NCBI GenBank assembly: GCA_028534125.1
Contig: CM052832.1
Span: 19,842,001-19,906,000 of the forward strand
Source: Lama glama
Taxonomy: Eukaryota
Reading direction: 5' to 3'
Length of the DNA stretch: 64,000 nt
The notes below the pieces were generated by a model, which saw only the letters and a list, made by a program, of their open reading frames with translations, was not told where the DNA came from and did no database searches. Positions 12,721 through 27,200 of this stretch are shown piece by piece (within the stretch, counting starts at the first letter, position 1; each line of letters begins with the position of its first letter). A program made the position numbers and the translations under genes.

Positions 12721-13931
12721 TCTAGGCATTCAGATGCATACTCAGTCTATTTAAGAATGAAAGAATCTTTCATTTTGTCCCTCTTCCATCCCATCATTTA
12801 GAATCACCTTAGGCATCACTCTTCTAAAGCCTGAATATGCATTTTGATGCATGTCAAGATTAAGATGTATCTTTAAAGACAGACAGTTCCATGGTCAGAG
12901 GCCTTTCGCTGTGAGGCAATGCAGCTCACAGATGTCAAATTGTGGGAGGAAGGCTGGGTATAAGACAAGGCCTGGGAGGTGACACAGGAATGAAATTATC
13001 TCTTCTCTGCAAGTCCAGAATCTCCATTAATCAGCTTACTTGGAGGTGATTAAACTTTGGAGCACAAATTCAGGCCTAACAAACTCAAGAGGAAAAAAAA
13101 AAAGATTTGGAAACCAGAATGTCAAAGGTATGAATATGAAGTGGAAGATAAGTCCCACAAAACGAGCCGAATCAGTCATTTCCTCTGGTCCAGAGAAAAC
13201 TGCTACCTAGGTGAGTTCAGTAGGAAAAAAATAGAGCTCTGAAGGTTGCTCAATTGAATGAGAATGTGAGGTAGGCAGGTCCCCCATGGGAAGAACTTGG
13301 ACTCTGCATAGTAAACTAGAGTTGATTGGAATGTGGACATAAAGCCCCAGGTTCTTTTCTTGTAAGTCACTTCTTGTGATAGTTACACAGGTTGATTTTT
13401 ACTAATTTCAATTTCAGACAGTGATATTTCCTTCACATTGGTCCTTCCCCATCAAATGGAGGGTAAGATATTATAGACTCCTCCACTTACAATGAGAAGT
13501 TTCTTTCATTCTGGCCAAAAGGACCTTTTAGATAATCCATATTTCACTGTAGAAGAGAATCACATCTAAAAAACACTTGTAACAAGTAGCCCGTCTCTTC
13601 TGTCAACAGCTCTTGAAATGAGATCTTGATACTTAAGATTTTTTTTTGATGACTATTGGGACCAAGATCATTTTAGGTGTAACTGATATAATCCAGGAGG
13701 AGGTAAATCCTTTCAGAACAGAAGTCACGAGTTGCAAAGTCATATTAACTCATATTAAATATAGTTAAATATAAAACTTAAAGATGCAATCTATTCCAAA
13801 TAAAAGAAATGATCAGTCTGATTTAGTAAAATGCAGCATTTAAAAACAATATTATCCCTTTAATTACCACTTTGTGTGTGTATTTTAAAAAATTACTTTT
13901 TATTTCTTTTCTTTATGCACTGCAGATACCC

Positions 13932-14195
13932 TAAGAGGCATTATAGCATATGGTTAAGAATATGGTCCCTGGAGCCAGACTGTCTGGGTTCAAATTCAAA
14001 CTGCCTCTTTGTCACTGTGTGACTTCAGCTTGTCTCTTACTTTCCCTGTACTTCGATTTCATCATCTGTAAAAATGAGGTTTAAAACAGTATCTCTCTCA
14101 TGGAGTTGGTGGAAGATTAAATCAATTTAAAATATCTGGCACTAAAACAGTGCATAGTAAACAGTAAGAACTACCAAAATACTTGCTGTTATTTT
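13932..14195 (+). mobile_element. MIR SINE, near full length
   Basis: atagcatatggttaagaatatgg..ctggagccagactgtctgggttcaaatt...ctgtgtgacttc...tttcatcatctgtaaaaatgag includes the MIR core. Confidence 0.85.
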
Positions 14196-14199
14196 TATA

Positions 14200-14890
14200 G
14201 AAGTGGATGAATGTGAACATTTATGTGCTTTTTAAAAATCAGTCCTTTTTTTGTGGAGAGGACTTGGTTCCCTTCCTGCTGTCTCTTTCCTCCTCTGCTC
14301 ACATCAGTGCCACTGCTCACAAGTCCACTCACACCCCAGGTAACCCCCTGCTTCAATGTTCACATCTAATAAGAGTTTATCTGTACTCTTCTCTGTACTT
14401 GTGTAATTCAATTAAAATGTGCACATATGTATATATATGGAAGAGTTGATTGTTGTTTCATTTACAGAAGTGATAGCATCCTATGCAAGCTTTTCTACAG
14501 ATTGCTTCTCTTATTCAATAATCTCTTCAGATAATCTGCTATAGGGCGAATTCATGGTCATACTATGATGTGGATATATGGTGATCATGCATTAAATCAT
14601 TTGTCCTCTGATGGGCATTTATTTCCAGTTTTCTAAGCCATGATAAGCAGTGCTACAAAAAATACCCTTTTCTAAAGGCTTTGGATGTATTGCCACTTTT
14701 ATTGCTATGGCAGAGATTCCCACATTGAAGCTGCTGGTTTGAGGGTATATGTTTTTAAATTTTAATTGACGCTGTCCCACTGTTTTCGATAGCAGTAACA
14801 CTACACGTTTCCACCAGTCATGCAAGAAATCATCCCTTTCCTGACATCCCCGGTAGCAATAGGTGCAGCTTTTCTAATTGTTTCCAGTCT
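14200..14890 (-). mobile_element. Old L1 (L1ME-type) 3' region
   Basis: tctgatgggcatttatttccagtttt...gagattccc...gctgctggtttgagggtatatgtttttaaattttaat...ccaccagtcatgcaag is antisense L1 ORF2 C-terminus/3' UTR. Confidence 0.7.
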
Positions 14891-16439
14891 TACTGACAGA
14901 GAAGCAGCTTTGAAGGGGAATTAGAGGAGCTCACAGGATGAAGCCATCCATGCTGAACATGGGGAACAAAAGTAGAAATGAAACAAAGAAAGGAGAATAA
15001 GCAAGATGTTAGCTGAAGCTTAGTGAAGCTGAGAATGACGTACTGCTTTCTAGGGGTGAGCTGAAAAACAAACGAAATTCCAACAGAAATACGGCAGCAT
15101 TGCTTTAGTACATTCATTCCTTTATTCAGTCATTTAGAACCGTCTATTTGGCCAGATAGAAGTGATGCAAAGGGGATATAGCCATGAAGAAGATAGTCAA
15201 GTTCCATGTACTCAAGGAACATGTAGTTGGAGATTCAAATGTGTACAGGCATCTAAGGTCAAAGAGATCCAATCTGGGAAAATACTTAGTGGACACCGAT
15301 TCAGAATTAGTGTAACATTCAGTTGCATACTGAGTAGGGTAGTGGAATCCACTTGACATGTGAAGGCCAGAAGGGGAATAGAACCCAGTTCTACAGCAAA
15401 CAGGGGCCAGTTGAAACAAAACAGGAAGCAGGGCCCAAATAGATGGGACCCAGGCTTATTACTAGACATCAGTGTTTCTGATATGGGACAAAGTAACTCC
15501 AAAATCCCTGAAGACTTTAACTAGAGGGATCAATTAGCTCAGTCTTTACCACAGGGCTGCTTAGTTAGAAATGGGAAAATTTGCTGCTTATATAGTTCTG
15601 TTTAAGTACCTGATATTTGTCCTTCTGTGTATAGCTCAAACTAGAACTATTTCCAAATTCCATGGTATCATGGGTCAAATGGTTTTCCTTTATGATTAGC
15701 TAGGTTCTACTACTTTTCCACAGGAGTGAATGGACCTGCAAATACTCATTTCAGAGTGAGTAGGGTGTGGTGAGGTTCATTCAGTAGTGTGAGGCCAGAG
15801 GAGGATTGTCATAGTAATTATTTTTAGGTGCTCATCAGAGATCTGGGGAATTATATTGGAAAAGCTTTTGGGTTTATCAAGTAGAAAGTAACTGCTGAAC
15901 TCGGAAAACAGTTTTATTGGAATCCTATGCACAGAAGGCAGAATTTAAGGGAATTTATGGAGCAACTGAGCTGTGGGAAAGAGGGGACAAAAAATGTAAG
16001 ATACACAGTCTTAATTTCTTCTAGTTATATGAGGAAAAGTGACAAAATAGCAGAGAGGAGAAGTGATTTGAGGAAAAATTTATTTTTTTATTAAAAATAA
16101 GGTCTAAGCATTTCAACAGGAAGTAGAAAAGAAACATGAATATTGACAAAGTTGAATATCAAGAGGAGATGGAGCAGGTCTGAAGGAAGATGACAGGTGA
16201 AAGTTCAGATCCTGAGCAGAAATAGAAGACTTAATCTGAAATGACCAAAGGGGGCTTGGGGATCCTGCTCCTGGAAGCCTGAGTAAAAAGAGTGTTTGAA
16301 GATACACATGCATAAACACAGAAATTCTGAAAGCAAAGTCATTGGAAACATTTGTTTTTGAAAAATAGTTTGCTTGCATATAGGAGGTATCTGGAAGTTT
16401 CTACCCTACAGTGTTCATAGTGGTTACTTATGTGGAGTG

Positions 16440-17090
16440 AGTTTCATTCAGTCAATAATCCATGCCTCCTCTTATAAGACTCTGGGTAGTCCTGTGCTGG
16501 GAATATCATTGTAAACAAGTCCTGACCCTTATAGAATTCATATTCTAGGAAGAGGCAAATAACAAGCCAGTATGAGATACAGTCTCTATAATAAATGCTA
16601 TGAGGAGAACGTTAAGCAAGACAGGAGGAGTGGGAGTGACGGGGATTGCTATCTTGGATAAGCCAACATCTTTGAGCAGGGACTCGAATGCAGTAAGAGG
16701 ATGTCGTCTATCTGTGGGAAGATCTTCCAGTCGAGGGGTTAGCAAGGGTGGTGATCCTGGGCCAGGAGAGTGTGGGTGAGCTCAAGGAAGTACAAGAAGG
16801 TGAGTGAGACCAAAGTAAAGTGAGCAGAGAGAGAGAGTAGGAGGAGGCTGTTCATGTAAGAATTGATTGATAACAGGAAGGACTTTAGATTCCACCTCAG
16901 TGAAGTGGGAAGCCATGGGGCTGTCTGAGCATGAAAGTAGCATGATCTGACTTAGATTTGAACAGATCACTCTGGCTGCTGGGTGGAAAATAAAAAGCTT
17001 TGGGTCTGAGAGGCCCCAGGGAGATAAGCAGGAAGCTGTTGCAGCAGTCCATGGGAGAGATGGTGGCACTAGTGGTAGAGGGGTTAAAAT
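16440..17090 (-). mobile_element. L2 fragment
   Basis: ttcattcagtcaata...gggaagccatgggg...gcatgatctgacttagatttgaacagatcactctggctgctg...caggaagctgttgcagcagtcca is typical of antisense L2. Confidence 0.85.
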
Positions 17091-18759
17091 GGGATGGAAA
17101 TCAACATAACAAAGATTTGCTGTTTGGGGATTTGACTTTTTTGGATGGTTGGATTATTTTCTTTGCAGTGGGAATGTGTTATTTTTATAATTTAGGTAAA
17201 AAAAACCTGAGTAATATTTTAACATTGCTAAATACCAAGTTGGGACCAGCCAAGTCAGGTTAATAGCGAATGAAATAACAGCAGCAGCAACAACAGCACA
17301 AACATGTTGGCCACGACAGAATTCTAATAATAGTCGGACGGGGGAGGCGCAGCTCTCTTCAGCGGGGTTAAAGTTGAAAGTTAAGTCAATTCAAATTCTA
17401 GGAACCAGAAGTGGTTCTCAGAGTACTAAACCGTTTCCCCTCTAATTCTCCCAGAGTGTTGAACTGAAATCGTGGTTGTATTTTCCAAAGAACCTGCCTC
17501 AAGACCCATGGATTCTTAATCAAATCAAGTGGTTAGCTATAAAGTTCGCTTTGTGTAAGCAATTCTGGGCTTTGTTTTTGTATGCAAATCATTTGGGTTG
17601 TTTTTTAACTTAGGAGTCATTAAAATCAACATCTGGGTCGTCATTGCTAGTGAGTTTCCTGGGGTCTAAGTGTACATTCAGTTTCCCAATTTTCCATATA
17701 TTTTGAGATCAGAGAGAGAAAAAGGGACATTAAAAACATTAGAAGTCTAATGTTGCTAACATTAAAAACTGACATAAAAAAACTTATGTCATCAACGAAA
17801 CAATTACAGAGCTGTCTGCTGACCAATCAGAAAAAAAACACAAAAAAGCAAAACAAGTTGACTTTTTTTTTTTGTCCTGACTTAAACTTTCCATTTGAAG
17901 ATTGCTAACGGACTGATTTTCTCCCTGCTTGTGAGATGAACCCAGGGAGTGTTCCATCCTTGACAAGCCAACTGCTGCTTAAATTACAATCTGACCTTTG
18001 GCTTGCTGGTGGAACAACTTTTCCCTGACATGGCTTTGTCAAACTGTCCTTTCAGACCTTTTGCAGACCTCAATATAGGACACGATGTGCCAGCAAACTC
18101 TTCCAAGAATCTCACAGAGAATAAGCTAGTAACTTTTCTAGTGCTTTGTGGTTGTGAAAGACGAATACTAGACATTTCAGGGAAGGGAAACATCCCAGGG
18201 CTTCGTGCATTGAATCACTTCTGAAGTGGAAATCTCCGTCTTGAGGGGTGTGTGGATTTCGTTCAAATCTTAGTTTGATGACTTGAACTCTGTCTGAAAT
18301 TAGTCATTTCAAGTGGAATAATTTAGATGCCTTTCATACTTCTGTTTATAGGTTGGAAAATGGGACTAGAACTGTCACCCATCCTAGCTCTAGAGATTTG
18401 TGCTATTATTTTCTTATTTACATCTGCCACCAAATAGGAAAGCTAATCCCATAGCTAAACCTTAAAGCTGACTCTAAAAATATGCGTGCTTACCAGTGCC
18501 AGCCCACTTATTCCCCTTACTTTAAGGGAAAAATTTTTATTTTTGTGGTCAGAACTTCTTTTTGAGTTTCCCAATGCATTTCATAGAGATTGAACCCATA
18601 TTTATTTTTAAACAGAAGGGGCTAAGCCACCTTGTATGTCAGAGATGAGCGTGCCTAACACTACACCCTCTTGTAAGTGGGGATATTTTAATTCTGGGTG
18701 GGTTTTTTTTTTTTGCCAATATTTCTTTCCGTTTCCTTCTTTTCTTAGACGCTGTCTTG

Positions 18760-18965
18760 ACAATTAGCATTACTGAATGCTTTTATGTGACACATACCAT
18801 GAAAATAGCTTTGTTTGCATTATCTCATTTAAACCTTGCAATGACCTAAGGAGAGCTGGTGAAGGTATCATTATCCTCAATTTCTCTCTGAAGAAACTGA
18901 AGAGATACTGGTGAGACAACAAAGTAGGAATTTAAACACAACCTGTTTCTAATGCTGTTTTTCTA
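18760..18965 (-). mobile_element. MIR fragment
   Basis: agcattactgaatgctttt...tgcattatctcatttaaaccttgcaat...attatcctcaattt...gaagaaactga. Confidence 0.7.
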
Positions 18966-19114
18966 TTACTCGACAAACCCACTTGGATTTAGCACATTTT
19001 TTTCTAGAGCTAATTTTGTTAGGTTATTCTAAAGTTATTTTAATTTCTCAACCTCTAGATGAGGTGAAGTGGTTTTTGTTTGTTTGCTTTTTGTTTTTTT
19101 TTTTAATATATATA

Positions 19115-19645
19115 TTTTTAAGTGCATATGTGGGCCATAACATAGGTCAAAAATAAAACCTAAGAAATGTAAAAGAAACTTAAGTCATACCAACTCTGTT
19201 CTCAGGTTCTAATGGAATTAAAACAATAACAGAAAGGTAACAGAGAAATCTCCAAACACATGAAGATTAAATAATCCACTTCAGAATAATTCAAGGGTGA
19301 AAGAAGTTTCAAGGGAAATTATAAAAAATTGCAAAGTGTATTAAAATGAAAATACTGAAATTTGTAAGATGCAGCTAAAGTAGTACTGAAAGGGAAATTT
19401 AGAACATTAAATGCTTATAATACAAAGAGAGCTGTCTTAAGTCAACATTCTAAACTTCCAACTTTAGAGAAAGAAAAGTGAATTAAATGCAGAAAGATTT
19501 TTGATAGATACAGATAAGCTGATTCTAAAATTCATAAGAAAGGACAAACAGTTTTGGAAAAAGAGAATATAGTTGGAATCATATCATCCAATTTTAATAC
19601 TTACTGTGAGGCCACAGTAGTGAAGACAGAATGGTATTACTGACC
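19115..19645 (+). mobile_element. L1 ORF2 fragments (end of endonuclease/linker joined to post-RT region)
   Basis: aatggaattaaa...gatgcagctaaagtagtactgaaagggaaattt..cattaaatgctta (DAAKVVLKGKF), then gataagctgattctaaaattcata (DKLILKFI) and acttactgtgaggccacagtagtgaagacagaatggtatt (TYCEATVVKTEWY). Confidence 0.85.
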
Positions 19646-19934
19646 TATAATATAGTACCATTTTTACTTTATTATATTTGATGGAAGTGCTCTTTACATG
19701 TACACCAGCATACAAACCACACATACACATACACTGTGAAAGTAGGAAGGTGACACAAAGTGTTTATTCATTGAGCACTATTGTCAAACTCTGATAGTCT
19801 GTGGGGTTTTTTTAAATACGTGAGTAAGAAGACCTAGGGTCTAGTTTTGCATCTGTTGCAGACTCTTGTGACTTTGAGAAACAAAGACCTCTGGTTGTGG
19901 TAGTGATCAAAGGGGTGTGAGGAGGGGGCTCTGA

Positions 19935-20046
19935 GAGAGGCTGATCTGGTGTCCTAATTTGCCTGGGACTAGGGGGGTTCCCAGGATTTGGGACTTTCAA
20001 GGCTAAAACTGGGAAAATCCCAGGAAGCAGAGATGGATCACTCCAC
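19935..20046. mobile_element. hAT (Blackjack-type) MITE, MER81-like
   Basis: gtcctaatttgcctgggactaggggggttcccaggatttgggactttcaaggctaaaactgggaaaatcccagg, a ~110 bp element matching MER81 with CpG decay. Confidence 0.75.
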
Positions 20047-21139
20047 AAGAAATATAGGAAGATTTTTAGGCATGCGTGGCTTAAAAAGCCTATTCAGAAA
20101 CATAGTGTTTTCATTTTAAGAATCGTAGAAAACTTAAGAAAGAAAATTTTTTGAATAGAGGAAATATGTATATAATCAGCATAACAACAAGCATTTTTAC
20201 TGAACATGGTTAGTTGTTGTTTTAAACAGTAAATGTGTATCAGCTTATTTAATGTTTAAGGCAACCCTCTTCTAGTTCTCCAGACTTTAAAAAATATATT
20301 TTTATTCAGTCTACTACTGAAAAACCCACATATACAAGGTCACATTATTATGACTCAGGTAGTCTTGTAATAGTAAAGATTATCACAATGTCAAAAACCC
20401 TGTGAATTAAAAAACAATTTAGGAATAATTGAGAAACACAGAATCAAGTACTTACTAAAGTTCTTTCTAGGTCAATGATTCCAGGAATATTTTTAAAATC
20501 TGATGGACATAAATTAGGTAATAGTCTAAAAAAATACAATAACTTTTCCTTATATACATTTATTGAAATAAATTAGCTAAGTAAATCATATAGAGAATAA
20601 AAATAAACTTAAAACTATAAAATGTCAAACCCAAGCATCCGACTTCTTGAAAAAAATAAGAATGCACTTGATCACAATCCTCAAAAAAAACTATTTAGTT
20701 TTTCTGTGGGAAGAAATTAGAATGAAAATACATATGCTCTTTATTATATGAAAAGCTTTCAGAAAAGTATAAAGCAGGGCATTAATAAATGAAACAGGTA
20801 ATTTTGTATCCATAAATTTTTGAAACTTTTCTTCAATTCTAGGAAATATCTGAATGATATGTTTAAGTGGAGGTCAGTCTCCTGAGGTTTCAGTATTTTA
20901 TTTTTGAATTTTTTTTGTTCATTTAAAATTCATCATTAAGGAAACTAGCTTACCAAAGAAAAATGAAACTTATAAACTTCAAATAGGAAGAGGTGACATA
21001 TACTGAGAACCCTGGTCCATAGTTCAATAAAATAATGTATAGAAAATAGTTTTATAAATTACAACACTATTGAGGAGTTGTGATTATTAGAAGGTAATGT
21101 ATAGTAAAGAACACAGTTGAACATTTTTTCAGTTTTCCT

Positions 21140-21875
21140 TGACTTCTCTTTCTCTCTCTCTCCAATATCCAATTTATCAGCAAACTCTACTGGCTCTGTC
21201 TTCAAGTGTGTCTAAATCATTGTCATGGTTACGCTTCCATACTGATCTCTCTGCTTTCATCCTTGCCCCTCAAGAGTCCATTCTAAGCACACATCTAGAC
21301 TGATCCTGTTTCGATGGAAATGAGATTCTGTCACTGCTTTGCTGGAAACCTCTAGTGGCTTCTTACTGAGCTTAGGGTAGAAGGCAAAGTCCTAACAATG
21401 GTCTAATGTGTGTCTCGCTCGTTCCTTTTCGCTCCCTGACCTTGCCTCCTCTCTTTCTTGTTATGCACGTCTTTCTAGCAAAACTAACTCCCTTGCTGTT
21501 ACTCAGACATTCAAAGTGAAATCCTCAATGGATATTTCCATCAGGATTTTAGCTCTGCTTTTTTTGGCATGGCAAGCTCTAACCTGATGTAGTTTATGCC
21601 TCTCCTCCTGCAGCTCTTCATTCAAGTATCAACCAATTTTTACAGTACTCCTTGATCGCCTTATTTAAATAGCAAGCCTCCTACCCCCAGGCTGCACTCT
21701 TTCCCTCTTCCCTGATTTATCTCCATAACATCTGTCAACACTTGACATACCAGATTATTTACTTACTAATTTATTTATTATCTTTCCTGTTGGAATAAAA
21801 TACCCACAGCCATATCCCTAGTATCTAAAATGATAACTGCCAAACAGTAGGTACTCAAAAATAAGTATTGAATGT
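21140..21875 (+). mobile_element. L2 3' portion
   Basis: atccaatttatcagcaaactctactggctct...ggcaaagtcctaacaatggtcta...acagtaggtactcaaaaataagtattgaatg, ending in the L2 terminus. Confidence 0.85.
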
Positions 21876-21984
21876 GTTGCATTTTTATTAAAAATCGATT
21901 TGATCAATATTTCAGGAAGTAGGAATTCAAAAGTAAAGGAAATAGACAAAAGGTTATTCTGATGGACTTTACCTTCAAGAATTC

Positions 21985-22130
21985 AGATTCAGAACCTTAG
22001 GATTCACATCCAGTCCCCATTAATTCTTGCAAAAATCTGAATAGTCACAGAAACTCCCAGGTTCTCACCTTCCTCATTGGTAAAATGGGGCTCCTAATCA
22101 TACCTCACAGATGGCTGAAAAGAAGAAAGG
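21985..22130 (+). mobile_element. MIR fragment
   Basis: ttctcaccttcctcattggtaaaatggggctcctaatcatacctcacag is the MIR core. Confidence 0.6.
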
Positions 22131-23529
22131 AGAGAGTAATGAATGCCTCTGCAGACAGTGAACTACTGGGATGAAGAGAACGCTTTTAATACATGCTTTA
22201 CTACAATTTTATGTTCTCCTTGGAGAGACAACAATGACTTTTTAACTTGAGGAGACAAAAAGTGGGTGGCAAAATATGACTTCAAAGTAGAAATAACATT
22301 TAAAGCACATGGGTAGGTTATGAGTGAGACAGACCCACCCATCAAGAGACTAGCGTTTGTAAGTACATAAGGACGATGCCTGTTGCGGGAAAGAAAGAGG
22401 AATTTGGAAAAAAAAAAAAAACAAATTTTAATCAAAGGAAAGCATTAAGTGCTTTTCAGGCACACAATTCTTCTCTTCCCAGAGGCACCATATGTAGTTG
22501 TTCAGGGTGTTTACTGATCAAGAGTGTCTACACAAAAGTGTGGAAAGGAGCCGAAATCCAGCCTGTGCTTTGTTTGGCAAACCGAACAGTCTAGGATTGC
22601 ATCTGCCCAGAGGAAGATGCCTTTTCCAAATGAGCCCAGAGACACTGTATGGGCTATCATAGCACTTCACCTTTGAGCCCTGGTGACTTTGGATAAGGTC
22701 AGCCTATAGACATCTCTCTCCCTGTTTTGAAAGCCTACAGTTCTTAAGGTCTGTACTGCTCCTGAGACATTTATCATAGGATGCATTTTTTCCTTAGCAT
22801 TAATTTATTGCTGCCATTATCTGTCAATAAAATTTCTATTATGCAGTAGACATTTATTGAGCATCTGCAGTGTGTGGGCTGGGATGCTAGATGTGAATGT
22901 GTTTATAACTTATCTTTCAAAGAACCTAAAATACATCTTGAGCGTAGGAGTAGTTAGAGTTTCTTGGATCTACTTGGGCCTTTTGTGTGGTGCCCTGTTT
23001 AGCTGTTGAGATTTTTTTTAAAGACGTTGAATGATTGATTGATTAACTGAGGTCGAAATAGTCTGAGGAAAGCCAAATGGCAATGATAGAAGACAGTGAA
23101 AAATAAGAATGTAAAAAAAAAAAAAAAACTAAAATTGGAAGTGTAAATGTGGTTTGTAGCAGGTGAAAACTAAAGTCAAATCATGAAAGCTTAGGATGTG
23201 TTACTTCCACCTCCTCATCTGCTGATCATCATATTTTTAGTTTTAGTATTTTTATCTTCTGACTTTTCCTGGGATGTTAACATTTAATTTTAAAATTGGT
23301 TTTGAATTAGAAATACACTTTGAGTGACTTTGACATATTATTGAATGTGACTATATTTTTTCAAATAAATGAACAAGAAAATGGGGGTATATTATCCTAA
23401 AGTTTACTTTACAGTCCATTTTTAGGAATACATTTACTTGATATACAGAAATATTATGCCAATTGAGACTCTTTAACAATATGAACATTTAGGACTAAAT
23501 TCTTCTACTCAAAGTTCCCCCTTATTAAG

Positions 23530-23640
23530 ACTTCCGCCCAGCAGCAGTAATTTTAAGATGCCATCCATTGTCAGCCAGATTCTGATTTCAAAAAATTTTA
23601 AATGAGAAAGTTGAATATCTTTGACTTGATGAAATAAGAT
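23530..23640 (-). mobile_element. Tc2-type DNA transposon fragment (MER104/Kanga-like)
   Basis: taagatgccatccattgtcag...tgatttcaaaaaatttaaatgagaaag...tctttgacttgatgaaataag resembles the reverse complement of the MER104/Kanga terminus. Confidence 0.5.
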
Positions 23641-26600
23641 AGCAGTTGAGAAATAGGAGGGGTCGTATGGTGGGAGTGGTGGATGGAAGGATGTACTCAG
23701 TCTGCAGATGTTGAATTTAGGGTACCAGGGGAGACCAAAGTGTAAGATCTCACTCTGGACCTGAACTAGGTTCAGGTGTGAGTGAGAACGACAGCAGGTC
23801 AGGAATATCAAAGGAGTGACTTACAGCTCAGAAGGTGCTACCAAAGGGGAGGGAGGGGTGTCTCTGAGGATGCAGATGTGTAAGGGGCTCACGTGAGTTA
23901 GGTATAGTGAAGTCTAATATCACACACATGTGAATTCATTAAGATGCCTCAAGCAACCAAAGTAGACTTGGTTATTCTCCTCACAAAACCTCCACAGGAA
24001 CTTAACTATTTCTCCTTAAAGGACAAAACAGAATTCAAGGTTACATTCAACATTCCCTGTAGCAGTTTGTGTAAAGAAGGATAGAAATGGAAAATACACT
24101 GTGCTTTAATAAAAAATAATGAGAGCGAATAAGCCAATCTCATTCTGCAGCCCTCTTCCCTAAATAGATAAGGGAAAGATTAAAAGATAACACAACAAAA
24201 CAAAAACACCTTGATGGTTCTACAACAGAGTATTTATTTTCATTCTACTGCTTTTCACTTTGCCCTCTGGTTTTATACAGCATAATTTGTTCCCGCTTTC
24301 AAAGCCCTATCAAAAGCAGGAGTTGTATTGTTTGCCTATAGCCCTGGGGAAATGCATTAAAATAGGTTTTATGAGAATGCAGCTAGAAGCAAGGGTATTT
24401 ACAAAGGATGCTTACTGCTCAGATTATGAATATCAACTTTATATGGATGTATCAAAAAGAATACACTTTATACTGAGATATTAGATAATCATTATCATTC
24501 AAAGTGAAGTTCCAGCAGGACTGGATTTACTCCTTTCCCTACTTGGCATCAAATAATATGGATTCTTCTTCAACAGAGAGAAGTGTAGAGCTGTAAGTGA
24601 GAAAATAGGCAGATTTCCTCTCGTAGGGGCCAAATGATACGAAGATGATTTACCTGTGCGCAGTGTGACCTAAGGCTAATGAGGTATTATGAGGGCATAG
24701 GAGACCTGAAGAATGATATTGTCATATCATCGTGTGAAGATGAAAGAAATTGTGTTCCCTTCTGGGATGGAGGCGGTCTGACACCTATATACATCTCTCC
24801 GGTGTCTTCAAGTTAAATCTCGACTGCATGGTTATAAGGTTATAGGTGCTATAAAGTCCCTTATAATCTAGCTTCTCAATCTTATTTGATGCCATTTCCC
24901 CATGCTCTCTCCAGTTCAGCAATTCATTCTTTAAATATAGTGTTATGTATTAGTCATGTGATACTCTTTGTGGTTTTCCCACAGTGCTCGCCATGTCTTG
25001 TCTTCAGTTCTTTTTATCTTCCAGTTCTGCCCTGTTTCTTGGGAAATGTTATTTACTTCGCTATCGTAGATATACAGAGGGTGTCCACCCAGATCTGTGA
25101 AGTCAGGTTTCTCTAGGTAGAATACTTGCATCCTCCTATGTGCTGTCATTGTATTTGCTCATAGCTCCATGGAACCAGGGGAAGCCTCCATTCACCAGCA
25201 TTTCTGTAACTAGCTCCTAGCGCAGTGCCTGGATATTTAGTGTATATGAATAAAGCAAGCATATATGAATGAATGTTTCTCTACATATACATGTGTTGTA
25301 AGTTAGCTTTCAGTGCAGGCATTTTTGGTAGCAATTTAAAGCAATCCATAAGTCTCACTAGTGAATCTATGCATCTTTCAGAAACACACTTGTTTAGTTC
25401 CCTCGCCCCCTAGCTCTTCTCCAATAAATGGTTTTCTATTCAATTTGCTTAAGAAAAAATACCTGCTTAAAGCTATAGTTACTACAACAGACCCCAACAC
25501 TGAACACTTATCTTAGGACAATAAAGGAAACAGTTAAATACAAAAGCAGTTTTCTAGAAAAAGTAATCGAGCTAATAGCAATGCCCTCTATCATATTCAT
25601 TTTAAATGTTCAGTGCATTCATGGGGTAGTGAAGAAGTCATCGGTTTGGTGTGAGTTTTTGGTCCCAGTAACAACTACATTTTGTTTTTATATACTGACA
25701 TCACAAAAAAGTTACAACTAAAACTGATCTAAAAATTGAAGAATGATTGATTGAGACACAGGACACAAAGATCTCAAAATGGAAGCTGCCCTTTTACTAA
25801 CTTACATTGCAGTTGTAATTTGCTTACCATCATGAATACACCAGTAGCCCACTTATGTTAATACTAACATTTCAAAATATCATAGGATTATTACCATGTC
25901 ATTCGCAAGAGTCAGTTGTTGACTTTTCCCCAAGAATAATAGATATTTTCATCCTAAGGGGGAATCAAGAGATCATCTTGTCCACTTCTCTGCATTTAGA
26001 GAGGTAAGGTATTAATATTCTCATCTTAGGAAGAAACCCACTGTTGAAGTCCTAAAAAATGAATGACTTGACCAAAGTTCATAGTTAGTTAGTGGTGGAA
26101 TTCTAGGTTTTACATTTTCCTAATACAGTGCACTTGTTACTATTCTGTACTGCTGATTTCTCTCTGCAGCATTTATTACACTGAATTAACCTCATAAAAA
26201 TGCTATTAAGTTGTGATATATTAAGATATTTACTGTAGAGAGACTTGATAAGGGAGGATACATCATGACCTGACAGGACAGAAAGAAAGAAAAGAAGCAA
26301 TAATTTTTAGACTCAACCTTTACACTCTAAAGATTTTGGACACCAAACACACTGACCTCTAATTTTAAAGAAAGTTATGTTTGTGATCTTAAATGATCAT
26401 ATCTGAAAAGTAAAATAGGGATCAGAGCAATGTCAATAGGTTTTCTTTATCTTTTTTCCCACCCAGAATGCTGTCAGTAACCCGTAGAATCTTGTTATTC
26501 AATTTGAGTCCAGAAAGAAAGATGTAAGGAGAGATGTGCATATTTTGCTACTTTCCTTCCACTACTGATGTCTCTGAGCAAGAGGTTTGCAGAAAGTATC

Positions 26601-26884
26601 TGTAGATTATTGCCTTTGTGCAATTTAAAAAAAAAAACACAATGCATGCCCTTGTCTACTCTCTTTCTGAAACTCTCTTAACTAACAGCAACTATTTACC
26701 CTTCTTCTGCCCCTGAGAGATTTATTAATCCAGCACTACAGAGCTCCCATTTTAGAGTCCAATTATATCCATCCTCTTCAGGCAGTGCTCCATACTCGGA
26801 ACTTATTATCATTTCTCCTGTTCACCCATCCATCATGAAAACCCCTCTCTCTTTACAACATCTAGTACTGTGCACCCTGTGGAT

Positions 26885-27200
26885 GTCATAGCAGCAAACA
26901 TCCATCTCTGCCCCCATGTAGTTACAACACCTGTTTTAGGTATTGGTCACAATTGATTCCAGCCAGTCAGAAAAGTCCATCCTCCAGGGCAACAGGAACT
27001 GGTTTAGGGATGGTCATATATTGGAATTTGGTCAGTAAGACTCAATCTCATGACTCTGTTTCGGGATAGAACCGGGGACAGAATGCTTACTTGCCCTCTT
27101 CACCTTTCAGTTACAAAGGCCAAAATCTGAGATGAACACAGAGGTAAGAAGCCAGTTTAAGGCAGATATCCTTTAGCTTACAACAACTGAAAGCATCTGA
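26885..27200 (+). mobile_element. Old MaLR LTR (MLT1J/K-like)
   Basis: ctggtttagggatggtcatat...ggtcagtaagactcaatc, with the end gccagtttaag...cttacaacaactgaaagcatctga. Confidence 0.6.
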
